Below are positions 40,977 to 50,385 of a DNA stretch of 64,000 nt, one piece after another. Position 1 is the first letter of the stretch. Every line of letters starts with the position of its first letter. Source of the DNA: an uncultured Chloroflexia bacterium (GTDB taxonomy: Bacteria > Chloroflexota > Chloroflexia > QHBQ01 > JADMIH01); contig CAWCNY010000001.1 of the NCBI GenBank assembly GCA_963797095.1, positions 512,001 to 576,000 on the forward strand, in the 5' to 3' direction. A model generated the notes under the pieces. That model was not told the origin of the DNA and searched no databases. It saw only the letters and a program-made list of their open reading frames with translations. The position numbers were made by a program, and so were the translations under genes.

Positions 40977-41210
40977 ATGATGAGCAAGAACAGACATGTG
41001 GTGCCCCATGGCAATGACTGGGCGGTTCGCAAAGAAGGCGCATCTCGCGTTTCTTCCACGCACCCGACCCAGCAGGCAGCTATCGATAGCACCAAGCAGG
41101 GTGCAATACGTGACCACGCTGAAGTGGTAATCCACCGTCCGGATGGGCGCATTCGGGACAAGGACTCCTATGGCAATGACCCCTGCCCGCCGAGGGATAA
41201 CCAGCACTAG
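40977..41210 (+). CDS. DUF2188 domain small protein
   Basis: HVVPHGNDWAVRKEG..TQQAAI..EVVIHRPDGRIRDKDSYGNDP; AAGGAGG RBS. Confidence 0.88.
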   Translation: MMSKNRHVVPHGNDWAVRKEGASRVSSTHPTQQAAIDSTKQGAIRDHAEVVIHRPDGRIRDKDSYGNDPCPPRDNQH

Positions 41211-41301
41211 GGCTGCGGCAGACATCGGCATTCCATACTGGACAATTAGCGTTACGCCTCAACTGACCCTAGGGTCGGTTGAGGGAAAGGAGAATTAGGA
41301 G

Positions 41302-41478
41302 ATGTACAAGACTGGACAGGAAGCTCCAGAATCGGGGCAATACTATTGGGCGGGCTATACTGATGGCACGAGCACGCCTGCCCCCACGGTAGAGGAGCGC
41401 GTAATCTGGCTACAGAGAGGTGAAGTCTTTCCTCCGATCCGCTCGTGCAACAAGGGTGCCTATTGGCGCCTGAAATAA
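41302..41478 (+). CDS. YjzC-like small protein (58 aa)
   Basis: Below the track cutoff. MYKTGQEAPESGQYYWAGYTDG...LQRGEVFPPIRSCNKGAYWRLK, preceded by AGGAG motifs. Confidence 0.78.
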   Translation: MYKTGQEAPESGQYYWAGYTDGTSTPAPTVEERVIWLQRGEVFPPIRSCNKGAYWRLK

Positions 41479-41794
41479 GAGGTTTTGGAGGTGGGATGAG
41501 AGCCACCGAAGAGTGTCCGTATGTAAAAGGCCCATCCGACCGGCCTCTCAAGCCGCCGAGGCCGACCATGTTTAATATCGGTCCCGGCGCCCTGCGAGAC
41601 GTCGCTTGATAAGGTGACCTTCCTGAGAGTGGTCTATATGTCCCTACTCTTGACCACTCTCAGGTCACGGTCAGAATGCGTGATTGGGCTTACCCTCTTT
41701 TCTGGAGAAGCCCAAGGCACAACATAATCGAAAACTGAGACTACAGCAAGATCAGGTACAGCTGTTAAGGCGGGTAGTATCTGGTGTAAGCCTG

Positions 41795-41852
41795 TGATAT
41801 AATTGCTGTAAAGGCATAGACGAGTCAGCAACCGTGAACTCGCTGACTCGTC
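41795..41852 (+). promoter_or_regulatory. Extended -10 promoter followed by an 11-bp inverted repeat
   Basis: TGATATAAT at 41795-41803; GACGAGTCAGC (41819-29) / GCTGACTCGTC (41842-52). Confidence 0.5.
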
Positions 41853-42005
41853 AGTAATATTCCTAACCCGTCAGTTCGTACCGCTACCGGTTGGCTCGCC
41901 GATACTTCCTCGGGAAACGACCCTATTAGAAGGGCCGCGGTTATACTTGGCACGAACTCTCGCACCGTGATCGTTGCATGCTAATCTACGCGAAAGGTTC
42001 ACGTC

Positions 42006-43376
42006 TTGGCTACTGTAAGGCGAATAGGACTTCCAGAGAACGGTAGTGAACGAAAGGCGATTGAGTACTTTGCCCGGAATCTGCCTGATGCAAGGTACAC
42101 TCTATTCCATAATCTTGAGTTGCCTGCTCCCTCCGGCTTACCCTACGAATACGACCAGATAATCGTTGGGCCCACTGCTGTGTATGTAATCGAGGTCAAG
42201 GGCTATCAGGGCAATATTCATGGCAACGCAGATGAGTGGAGATTGCACTCTGGGGCGATACATAAGAGCCCCATACCACTGGCAAACAAAAAGGCAAAGA
42301 TCGTAAAAGATTTGCTGTCCAGATCTAGTCCGCTTCTCTCAGATGTCTGGGTTGAGGCCTTGATAGTGCTTACGGACGATCGCGTTAGGATCAACTTGAG
42401 CCATGATCAAGCGGGCCGCGTGTTGACTTTGCCAGACGCCGCCGATTACCTCCTGGAAGCACGCACGATTATTTTCGAGCCGCCTATTATTGCCCACTTG
42501 CACGAACAGATTTCAGAGGCTATTTACGAACGCTTCCGACCACTTCAGCGCCAACATGAGATAGGTGACTACGCCATAATCGAGCCGATAGACAGGAATA
42601 ATCTATACAGTTCCTACCTGGCAGAGAACAAGCTGCTCAGGGGGCACGGCCGAGTTGCTCTCAAAGTCTACACTTTCAACGTGTATGCTCGACTGGAAAT
42701 GCAGCAAGAAGAAAAGGAGCGGCTGCTGCGTGACGCGCAAGCCCTTGTCCGTCTGAGAGAGCATCCGAACGTGGTTCGCTCTTACCCCCCATTCGCATGG
42801 CAGGATAACCACATTGTGGTGCCAACCGAATGGGTGGATGGTTTTTCTCTTCACAGCCGACTGGATAGCCAGCAACCTATCGCCTTCGAGCGCAAACTAC
42901 AGATAGTACTGGACGTTTGCCAGGCTCTTGGCTACGCCCATAGCCATGGAATTGTGCATCGGAACGTACGGCCAGATAACATAATAGTCCCGGATACGGG
43001 ACCAGCTAAACTGGCGAACTTCGACTGCGCGCGAATCTCAGATCCCGACGTAAAGACAATCGCAACGCAGCTCAGGGGTCAGCTAGACGAGCGTTATGTT
43101 GCACCCGAAGTATGGAAGAACCCCGCTGCCGCATCGCCAGCCTCCGATATCTACTCTGCTGGCGTTGTTCTCTTCGAACTCGTCACCGGAAGGCGGCCAT
43201 ACGAGAAGATACGAGAAGTGTTAGCCAAGGGTGCGTTACCCATAATCCCGACAGAGGTGGACCACGAACTTCCAAGCGACATTGATCACATAGTATCCAA
43301 GATGTGTGCATTCCGGCCCGAGGATCGATATACGGATTCAATGGAGCTTCTTGAGGACTTGCAGATTATCTCTTGA
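42006..43376 (+). CDS. NERD nuclease domain + degenerate Ser/Thr kinase (resembles the PglW N-terminus)
   Basis: EYDQII...VIEVKGY (NERD); kinase with HRNVRPDN and ANFD replacing HRD and DFG; YVAPE, SDIYSAG. Confidence 0.85.
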   Translation: MATVRRIGLPENGSERKAIEYFARNLPDARYTLFHNLELPAPSGLPYEYDQIIVGPTAVYVIEVKGYQGNIHGNADEWRLHSGAIHKSPIPLANKKAKIVKDLLSRSSPLLSDVWVEALIVLTDDRVRINLSHDQAGRVLTLPDAADYLLEARTIIFEPPIIAHLHEQISEAIYERFRPLQRQHEIGDYAIIEPIDRNNLYSSYLAENKLLRGHGRVALKVYTFNVYARLEMQQEEKERLLRDAQALVRLREHPNVVRSYPPFAWQDNHIVVPTEWVDGFSLHSRLDSQQPIAFERKLQIVLDVCQALGYAHSHGIVHRNVRPDNIIVPDTGPAKLANFDCARISDPDVKTIATQLRGQLDERYVAPEVWKNPAAASPASDIYSAGVVLFELVTGRRPYEKIREVLAKGALPIIPTEVDHELPSDIDHIVSKMCAFRPEDRYTDSMELLEDLQIIS

Positions 43377-43423
43377 GTAGCTGTCCGGCAACGTGCCGGA
43401 CCTGCAGTGAAAGCGCTACCCAC

Positions 43424-44317
43424 ATGACCGACCACCTTCACAAAGGCGACGTACTTCGTAGCCGCTACCTAGTCGAGGGACACCTCGGAGACGGCACTTA
43501 TGCTCAGGTCTATAAGGCTCTCGACAATATCACTGGGGAAATAGTCGTCCTCAAGTTGCTCAACGAGGGTGAGGGAACTTTGGATCAACTTGTCCACGAG
43601 TTTCGTCTACTGGCTTCCCTTCAACACCCGCATATTGCTCGAGTACTTAATGTCGAGGAGCGGTCCCCCGGAACGTTCTTCCTGTTGCTGCAGCACATAA
43701 ATGGTCACGTACTCAGCGAGGACATCCGGGAAGGGGCCGTACCATCCCTCCAAGCAAAGCAATATACGCTCGATCTGATGGATGCGCTCGGTTATCTGCA
43801 CTTGAATAGGATCATGCATCGAGATATCAAGCCGAGTAATCTGCTCGTCGACGGGCGACACTGCTTCATCATAGACTTCAACGTCAGCAAGAGGGTCGAA
43901 AGCCACGCCTCGACAATCGTTGGCACTAGGCTATATATCCCGCCAGAAGTGTATGTTTCTGGATGGAATTGGACGTGCGATCTCTACTCGGCGGGAATAG
44001 TCATTTACCAGATGTTGACAGGGACGTTGCCGTTTCCAGAGGGCGAGCCCCTTGACGACGACCAGGCGATAGACCCCAGAGAGATCAATCCCTCCATTGG
44101 ACATGCTCTGGCTACTGCTATCATGAAAGCAATAGCCACTGAGCCGGGGGAGAGATTTCAATCTGCCCCGGAGATGAGCCACGCCCTTGCCAGTTCAAGT
44201 TGGGACTTTATGCCGACTACAAAACAGCGAAGCCAATCGGTGGGCGTATCTCACGCCATGCCCAAATCAGCCTCGATGCAACCACAACAAAAGGAGTCTC
44301 AGTCCGTGAAATCTTAA
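43424..44317 (+). CDS. Hanks-type Ser/Thr protein kinase
   Basis: LGDGTYAQV, VVLK, HRDIKPSN, IDFN, GTRLYIPPE, DLYSAG. Likely start is ATG MTDH near 43424. Confidence 0.9.
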   Translation: MTDHLHKGDVLRSRYLVEGHLGDGTYAQVYKALDNITGEIVVLKLLNEGEGTLDQLVHEFRLLASLQHPHIARVLNVEERSPGTFFLLLQHINGHVLSEDIREGAVPSLQAKQYTLDLMDALGYLHLNRIMHRDIKPSNLLVDGRHCFIIDFNVSKRVESHASTIVGTRLYIPPEVYVSGWNWTCDLYSAGIVIYQMLTGTLPFPEGEPLDDDQAIDPREINPSIGHALATAIMKAIATEPGERFQSAPEMSHALASSSWDFMPTTKQRSQSVGVSHAMPKSASMQPQQKESQSVKS

Positions 44318-45023
44318 CGAGTTTGTCGTAGCCAAGCCCAGACCCTTACCCGTGTTTATCCTTGCCGACACCAGCGGCAGTATGAAGGGTGAGAAGATAC
44401 AGAGCCTTAATTCTGCTCTTCGAGAAATGGTGTCTTCCCTGCGCTCCGTTGAGGACGTCCGTGGGCAGATCGAAGTTTGCTTGATAACGTTTGGTAACGA
44501 GGCTACCGTTGTACATCCACTTAGCTCAGTAGCTGATGTCAATTTGCCCGAGCTTCTTGCAGCAGGGAAAACTCCCATGGGTGCAGCATTCGAATTGCTG
44601 ACAGGGCTGATCGAAGATACCACAGTTGTCCCGCCGCGTGCCTTTAGCCCTACGATTGTGCTCGTGAGTGATGGCATACCCACTGACATCCCGGGTGATC
44701 TGTATCGGAAGTACGCAGATGGCGCGGTAACCAGCGGGGACTTCCTGAATTGGGATCCTTTGCGCGCACTCCTGGCGTCAGAGAGAGGTAGCAAATGTAT
44801 TAGGCTGGCTATAGGAATAGGTGCCGATACTAATGACGCAATGCTCGAGGCCTTCGTGAATTCGGACACCATACCCGTGATACGTGCTCAAGATGCCCGC
44901 AGCATTCAGCGCTTCTTCCGCTGGGTAACCATGTCGGTGTCGTCCAGATCAGTTAGCCGAGACCCTAACCAGCCTGTCATACCGGCGTTCGATGAGTTCG
45001 ACGAGGAAGAACTGGCCTTCTAG
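44313..45023 (+). CDS. terY: TerY-like vWA (MIDAS) domain protein
   Basis: LNEFVVAKPRPLPVFILADTSGSM, TPMGAAF, VSDGIPTD, FFRWVTMSV. The natural start appears shifted by one base at 44309-44311. Confidence 0.9.
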   Translation, partial: LNEFVVAKPRPLPVFILADTSGSMKGEKIQSLNSALREMVSSLRSVEDVRGQIEVCLITFGNEATVVHPLSSVADVNLPELLAAGKTPMGAAFELLTGLIEDTTVVPPRAFSPTIVLVSDGIPTDIPGDLYRKYADGAVTSGDFLNWDPLRALLASERGSKCIRLAIGIGADTNDAMLEAFVNSDTIPVIRAQDARSIQRFFRWVTMSVSSRSVSRDPNQPVIPAFDEFDEEELAF

Positions 45024-45816
45024 ATGCCACGCGACACACTTTACGCTCGGGTCCTTACCACTCGGAAGCACCCTTTGCGCGTTGACCTGGTCGGACTTTC
45101 TGTGCCGAAGCCGATTAAGGATAGGATGTTCGGTAGGAGCCAGGATAGCGTGTTGATCGCAGCGAAGGATGGCTTCTCTGGCATTGCTGTTGCGGATGGT
45201 CTGGGTTCTCGATCAAGGTCAGCGGACGGATCGCGGCTCGCGAACTCGAGTGGCTCTTGAAGTACTGGGCGAATATCTCAACGATTGGCCCATCGAGCGC
45301 GGCAAATCAGCCACGCTCGTCAAGGCAATACTTGACAGGTGGTGCAGCCAATTGCCATCGAACGAGGTAGACGAGTTCAGCACCACTCTCCTATTTTCCG
45401 CACATTCAGAGGATCGATTGATTGTCGGCGGGATCGGGGACGGTTTAGCCCATGTATGGGCAGGTAGTTCGATGACAACGAGCGTCATCTCGGGAAGACC
45501 AACGTTCAGCAATATCACGTATTCACTAACTAGCCGCAATGCGTCAGCTGAATTTCGGACAAAGGAATTCAGAATTACCCCCGAAAACCTACCTATTTGT
45601 GTGTTACTCGCCAGTGATGGCATTTCTGACGATCTTGAGCCCAGCCGGTTCGCGGAATTGGCCCCGACTCTGGCTCGGAAGGTACAGATGAACGGTCTCG
45701 CTGCCACATTGGACGAACTCCGTACCTGGCTACTAAGCTGGCCAACTGCAGGTCACCAGGACGATAAGTCCTTGGCGGCAATGCTGATCTGGGCTGAGGA
45801 TGGTACAGATGGCTGA
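45024..45816 (+). pseudogene. PP2C-family phosphatase (TerY-P triad) with a +1 frameshift near 45243
   Basis: SQD and AVADGLGS lie in one frame; STTLL, IGDG, LASDGISDD and QDDKS lie in the next. Removing one A from GCGAACTCGA gives a continuous GSRLATRVALE. Confidence 0.85.
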
Positions 45817-47197
45817 GAGTTTCGTAAGCAAAGTAGTGCGCGACCGCAGTGGGAATCCCTACGAACTTGCACGGGTTGCTGGCCGGGGCAGCCAGGGTGT
45901 CGTTTATGAGGTGGCCCATAGTTCGTTCATGGTGAAGCTGGCAACTACCAAAGACCCCGCGCACCGTGAAGAACTGCAGCGGCGCTATGAGTGGTTGCGA
46001 AATAGAACGCTGCATTCTGGCACGCGGCTTGTCACACCCAGATACCTGCTAGCTCCGCCACACACCGGCTACGTTATGGATCGCGTAAAGGGGCATGAGC
46101 CTCTTTCACATCTCTTCCGGCCTCCCAACGACCGGCCCCTTGGTGAATGGTACAACAAGCTCACGGGAGGTCTGCGCCGTCGTCTCCTCTTGGGGGCTCA
46201 GATTTCACGCGCTTTCCACTACATACAGATAGACGGGCTATCGTACTGTGATCTATCTGGCTCGAACATACTTGTCGCCAAGGATCCGGCTGTTCTGTCG
46301 ATCGCTATCGTTGACTCTGATAACCTATCGGTCTCTGGCAAAGCCCAATCTCTAGTTATGGGCACCCCGAGGTTCATGGCCCCGGAAGTACTGGACGGCA
46401 GTCACCAGCCTGATGCGCTTACAGACAATTACTCCTTGGCGGTTCTCTTGTTTCACCTTCTACGGCTGAACCACCCCTTAATTGGCGATGCGGTCGAGCA
46501 TGCCCCTCCAGAACAGGAGGAGGTCGCCTTGAGTGGCAGGCTGCCATATATAGATCATTCATCCGATACCTCCAACCGCTCTAGCAGAGTTCTGCCTGCT
46601 GAGGCCGTCTGCACGAAACAGCTTTCTGAGTTGTTCGCGCAGGTCTTCGTTGACGGGTTGCTGACGAGATCAAAGCGCCCGACCCCGGGCGATTGGGAGT
46701 CCGCCTGCCTGCAGGCCGTAGATGCAACGGTAACATGCGCCAACTGTAAAGCGACATTCTTTCCTCGATCGCTCGACGCTCAATCCGGGCTATGTCAGTG
46801 CCCTTGGTGTGGCATTACTCGCTCGATACCTCCTTCGCTGATCTTCCAAGACCTAGCACTTGTTGAAGGCCAATTCATTAGAGGAAAGCCTTATAGCCCG
46901 ATCTTCCTCGATGCTGAGATAACCAACATTACCGCTCGCAACGCGTACTGTGGTTGCTATGGTGAAGAAGGTGATCGAGTTGTAATGCGCGTTCGCCACG
47001 ACTTAGAAAGAGGATCGGTAATAGGTCAGAACAAGACCGACAACCCCTTGCACGTGCGCAAGCCGAAGGAAGAGCGGTGGCTACCGGTAAAGACCGAAGG
47101 GTTCTTCCCGATCGCACCAGGCACACAAATAAGGTTTGGAGAGGCTCAGGATGGATGCGCAGTGCGGCTAGCTATATTGCGATTGGGTCAGAGGTAG
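45800..47197 (+). CDS. TerY-P-type Ser/Thr kinase with a Zn ribbon and C-terminal beta domain
   Basis: GRGSQGVVY, YCDLSGSNILV, VDSDN, GTPRFMAPE, CANC...CPWC. Confidence 0.88.
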   Translation: MVQMAESFVSKVVRDRSGNPYELARVAGRGSQGVVYEVAHSSFMVKLATTKDPAHREELQRRYEWLRNRTLHSGTRLVTPRYLLAPPHTGYVMDRVKGHEPLSHLFRPPNDRPLGEWYNKLTGGLRRRLLLGAQISRAFHYIQIDGLSYCDLSGSNILVAKDPAVLSIAIVDSDNLSVSGKAQSLVMGTPRFMAPEVLDGSHQPDALTDNYSLAVLLFHLLRLNHPLIGDAVEHAPPEQEEVALSGRLPYIDHSSDTSNRSSRVLPAEAVCTKQLSELFAQVFVDGLLTRSKRPTPGDWESACLQAVDATVTCANCKATFFPRSLDAQSGLCQCPWCGITRSIPPSLIFQDLALVEGQFIRGKPYSPIFLDAEITNITARNAYCGCYGEEGDRVVMRVRHDLERGSVIGQNKTDNPLHVRKPKEERWLPVKTEGFFPIAPGTQIRFGEAQDGCAVRLAILRLGQR

Positions 47198-50100
47198 GTA
47201 ATGTGATCATCTCTGAAATAGAAGGGAACATCCAACTCGTGGGCACGTTTGAACATCGGGCCGAAAACGTGTCAAGGAAGGATGAAGGCTCACTAGTCAC
47301 CATAGGGTCGGATAGCAGCGATGACGAAGCCCTGCTTCTGCTGCCAGACCGACGGAGTCTCACCATCTATCCCTCGGACATCAATAGCCGACGAGCACTG
47401 AGAGAATTGCGGTCTGCTGCCATGACGGCGTTGTGCTATATAGCAAAGATCCGACCATCGCAGATCGTCTTGCACGCGAACATATTTGATAGCTACATCG
47501 CGTTCCCGCAGGATGCACCTCTGCGTATTCTTGTTACCGCCGCCACTCTTGAGGATATTCCTAAGCTGCTAAGGGAAAAACCCAAAGCGTTTCTTGATGG
47601 CCAATTCTTGGTTGGCGATGCGGCCTTGGCTCAGGTCTATGTGACCGGCCAGAGGAGCGATTTCCACCTCATATCACCCAAATGGATCTGCGAGGTGAAA
47701 ATAATCGCGGGTAGAACGGCAGAATGTGTTCGGCTCCGGCAGCGGCGAAGACAACTTCGTAATCAGCCCATCGTGTTATTGCGGGGTGATATAGGCTTCA
47801 CACTCGACCCGACCCATGATGGCTCAGTAGCGGTGATGGAGAGTCAATTACGCGACACGTTGGCCAATCCTCGAAGTTATCTTAAGGGCTGGGAGATTTA
47901 CAACCAGCTGGAAGAGCGTCAGCGCCAGCTGGAGGCACTTGAGATTGGCTCGTTGCCTTATCGTTCCGTTAGGGTGGGCAGTTTTGGCGACCAGATTGAA
48001 TACATCTTTCAACTCACCGAAGGCGTTACCCCAGCTTTTCGGTATGGCGGCATGGACCTGGAGGCCGCAAGCAAGCCACTTGTGGAGAATCCAGAGACCA
48101 AGCAAATAGAACCTCCTAGCCCCAGAGTGCCAGTAGGAGAAGCGGATGCAAGTACACCCGGCTCCAAGCAACTTATCACGCGGGTACGAGCTGAACCGGA
48201 TAGCCCTGCCCCGCCCAACCAGGGATATCTGATCCCGTCGCTTCAAGGCGACAAAGTACGCCTCAGACGTCGAGAGCGAGCACTCAACAAGGTAATGAAT
48301 GGCGAGGTCCCGCTGCGTAGCACCCTCGGACTGCTACTTGAAAGCGGCGATGCTCCTGTTCAGCTGCATACGCATATTGCGCCTATGTCCGCTGCCACCA
48401 GAAAGGCGTTCGGTCATCCCCCTACGGAGAGTCAAATTGCCGCAATGGAGGTGGCGCTGAATACTCCAGACATTGCGCTGATCCAGGGTCCTCCCGGTAC
48501 GGGAAAGACCACAGTCATTCGGGCTCTCATGACTCGACTTCTTGAGCTTGGCGAGCATAGAGGCGAGCAGGCCTCCATACTGGTTAGCAGCTACCAGCAC
48601 GATGCTGTTGACAACGTCATCACAGGTGCAGATGTAGGAGGATTGCCCCCGAATAGAGTTGGAGGTAGACGTGGTTCCAGCCAGGAGGCGCGTGAGCAGG
48701 GTCTCTGGGATTGGGTTCGTGACCGGCAACTCGAGTGCAACAGAGTTCTTGAGTCGTTGCCAAGCAGTTCCATGCGTGAAGTGGCACGGAGTGTCGACCG
48801 CTTGATAGATCAATGGCGGCGGGTACGTGGCGGCTCTTCAGGCGCAGCCCTTCTCACAAAGGAGATATGCGATCTGGTGGGACCGTTCTTACGGGCTGAA
48901 CAGCTTGTCGAATTGCGCGCGCTTACGTCCGAGATCGAGAGTGAAGTAATGCACAGACCTGGCAGCGGAAACCACGACGAGCGATCTGAACTAGCAGAGA
49001 TGGGAAGCATCCTTTCAGCGCAGCGGCTAGAAGCAAGTTCCTTTCTCGACGACGGTACACTACAGGCTCGGCGCCTCTTGCGATATCTTGAGCGCATCTC
49101 AGACGTCATAGACGTTGCCATACCTGAACAAGTGCGAAGAGCTACCCACAGCAGCTTGGAAGATGCAGAAGAGGAGGAGTTAGTGGCTTTCCTAACTGAC
49201 TATGCACAAGCGCTTAGTCAGATGCTCAGTGATTTGCCGGGTCAGGGTTCCGCTCCAGAGGGATCCTCAGATACCGTAGTTCGCCTGGACCGCTGCTTGT
49301 CGGAGGTTTCCCATGCCCTACATGCGCGCTGGCGGAATTCCGCGGACTCGGTTGCGGACATAGTAACCGAGTTCCGCGATGAACTCGATGATCCTCGTGA
49401 GGTAAAGAAGCTAGTCGATAGGTATTCGGCTGTGGTAGCAGGCACGTGCCAACAGGTGGCGCCTCAGTCGTACCGGCTGTCGGAGCCGGAGCGGAGATAC
49501 GATTACGTTATCATTGATGAAGCGGCGCGTGCCAACCCGCTCGACCTGCTGATACCGATGTCCCTGGGGCAGAAGATCGTATTGGTTGGAGATCACAGGC
49601 AATTGCCTCATGTACTGGAACAAACCGTTGTTGACGCTTTCCAGGGTGATCTCGACGAACAGGTTGGAAATTTCCTGAGCGAAAGTCTGTTCGAACGGCT
49701 CTTCCGAACGTTGGATGCATCGTACTCAAAGGGCGGCCCGAGAAGAACAGTAACGCTGCTTGATGACTTTCGTATGCACCCAGTGATCGGTGAATTCGTC
49801 AGTAGCACGTTCTATGGCGGGCAAGTAAAACCTCGGTCTTCCGTTGTTGAACGATCTCATGGCCTTGACATATATGGCGGTCGCCCGGTCTGTTGGCTGG
49901 ATGTGCCTCGCTCATCTGGCCTGGAAGCACCAGGGCAAAGCAAAATGCGCCCAGCGGAAGTCAAGGTCATTGCTGAAGAGGCTGAGCGGGTCTTGCGGCT
50001 ACATCCCACCTATAGAATTGGCCTGATTACCTTCTATAGCAAGCAGGCTGAGTTGCTCCAATTGGAAATCGACAAACTGCCGGTGGACTGGAAGAACCGA

Positions 50101-50385
50101 GTACTGGTTGGGACTGTCGATGCTTTTCAAGGACGTGAGTTCGACATCACTTTCTTGTCGACCGTTCGGAGTAACAACCAGAATGGTCCATTGAGGTCAA
50201 GAGTCGGCTTCCTTGCTCTTCCCAACCGGATGTGCGTGGCGCTTAGTAGAGCCAAGCGCGCTCTAATAGTTGTTGGAGATGCAGAGACCGTAGCAGGTAC
50301 CAGGCAAAGCCCCGTTGTGAAGGAACTGCAGGCTTTCTATGAGTTGTGCCTCAGCACGGAGGGTTGGCATGAGCAGCGGCACTAA
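47077..50385 (+). CDS. Upf1/DNA2-like SF1 helicase (CnuH-like)
   Basis: IQGPPGTGKTT, IIDEAAR, LVGDHRQL, FRMHP, TVDAFQGRE, NRMCVALSRAK. The true start may be the GTG near 47202. Confidence 0.9.
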   Translation: MATGKDRRVLPDRTRHTNKVWRGSGWMRSAASYIAIGSEVGNVIISEIEGNIQLVGTFEHRAENVSRKDEGSLVTIGSDSSDDEALLLLPDRRSLTIYPSDINSRRALRELRSAAMTALCYIAKIRPSQIVLHANIFDSYIAFPQDAPLRILVTAATLEDIPKLLREKPKAFLDGQFLVGDAALAQVYVTGQRSDFHLISPKWICEVKIIAGRTAECVRLRQRRRQLRNQPIVLLRGDIGFTLDPTHDGSVAVMESQLRDTLANPRSYLKGWEIYNQLEERQRQLEALEIGSLPYRSVRVGSFGDQIEYIFQLTEGVTPAFRYGGMDLEAASKPLVENPETKQIEPPSPRVPVGEADASTPGSKQLITRVRAEPDSPAPPNQGYLIPSLQGDKVRLRRRERALNKVMNGEVPLRSTLGLLLESGDAPVQLHTHIAPMSAATRKAFGHPPTESQIAAMEVALNTPDIALIQGPPGTGKTTVIRALMTRLLELGEHRGEQASILVSSYQHDAVDNVITGADVGGLPPNRVGGRRGSSQEAREQGLWDWVRDRQLECNRVLESLPSSSMREVARSVDRLIDQWRRVRGGSSGAALLTKEICDLVGPFLRAEQLVELRALTSEIESEVMHRPGSGNHDERSELAEMGSILSAQRLEASSFLDDGTLQARRLLRYLERISDVIDVAIPEQVRRATHSSLEDAEEEELVAFLTDYAQALSQMLSDLPGQGSAPEGSSDTVVRLDRCLSEVSHALHARWRNSADSVADIVTEFRDELDDPREVKKLVDRYSAVVAGTCQQVAPQSYRLSEPERRYDYVIIDEAARANPLDLLIPMSLGQKIVLVGDHRQLPHVLEQTVVDAFQGDLDEQVGNFLSESLFERLFRTLDASYSKGGPRRTVTLLDDFRMHPVIGEFVSSTFYGGQVKPRSSVVERSHGLDIYGGRPVCWLDVPRSSGLEAPGQSKMRPAEVKVIAEEAERVLRLHPTYRIGLITFYSKQAELLQLEIDKLPVDWKNRVLVGTVDAFQGREFDITFLSTVRSNNQNGPLRSRVGFLALPNRMCVALSRAKRALIVVGDAETVAGTRQSPVVKELQAFYELCLSTEGWHEQRH

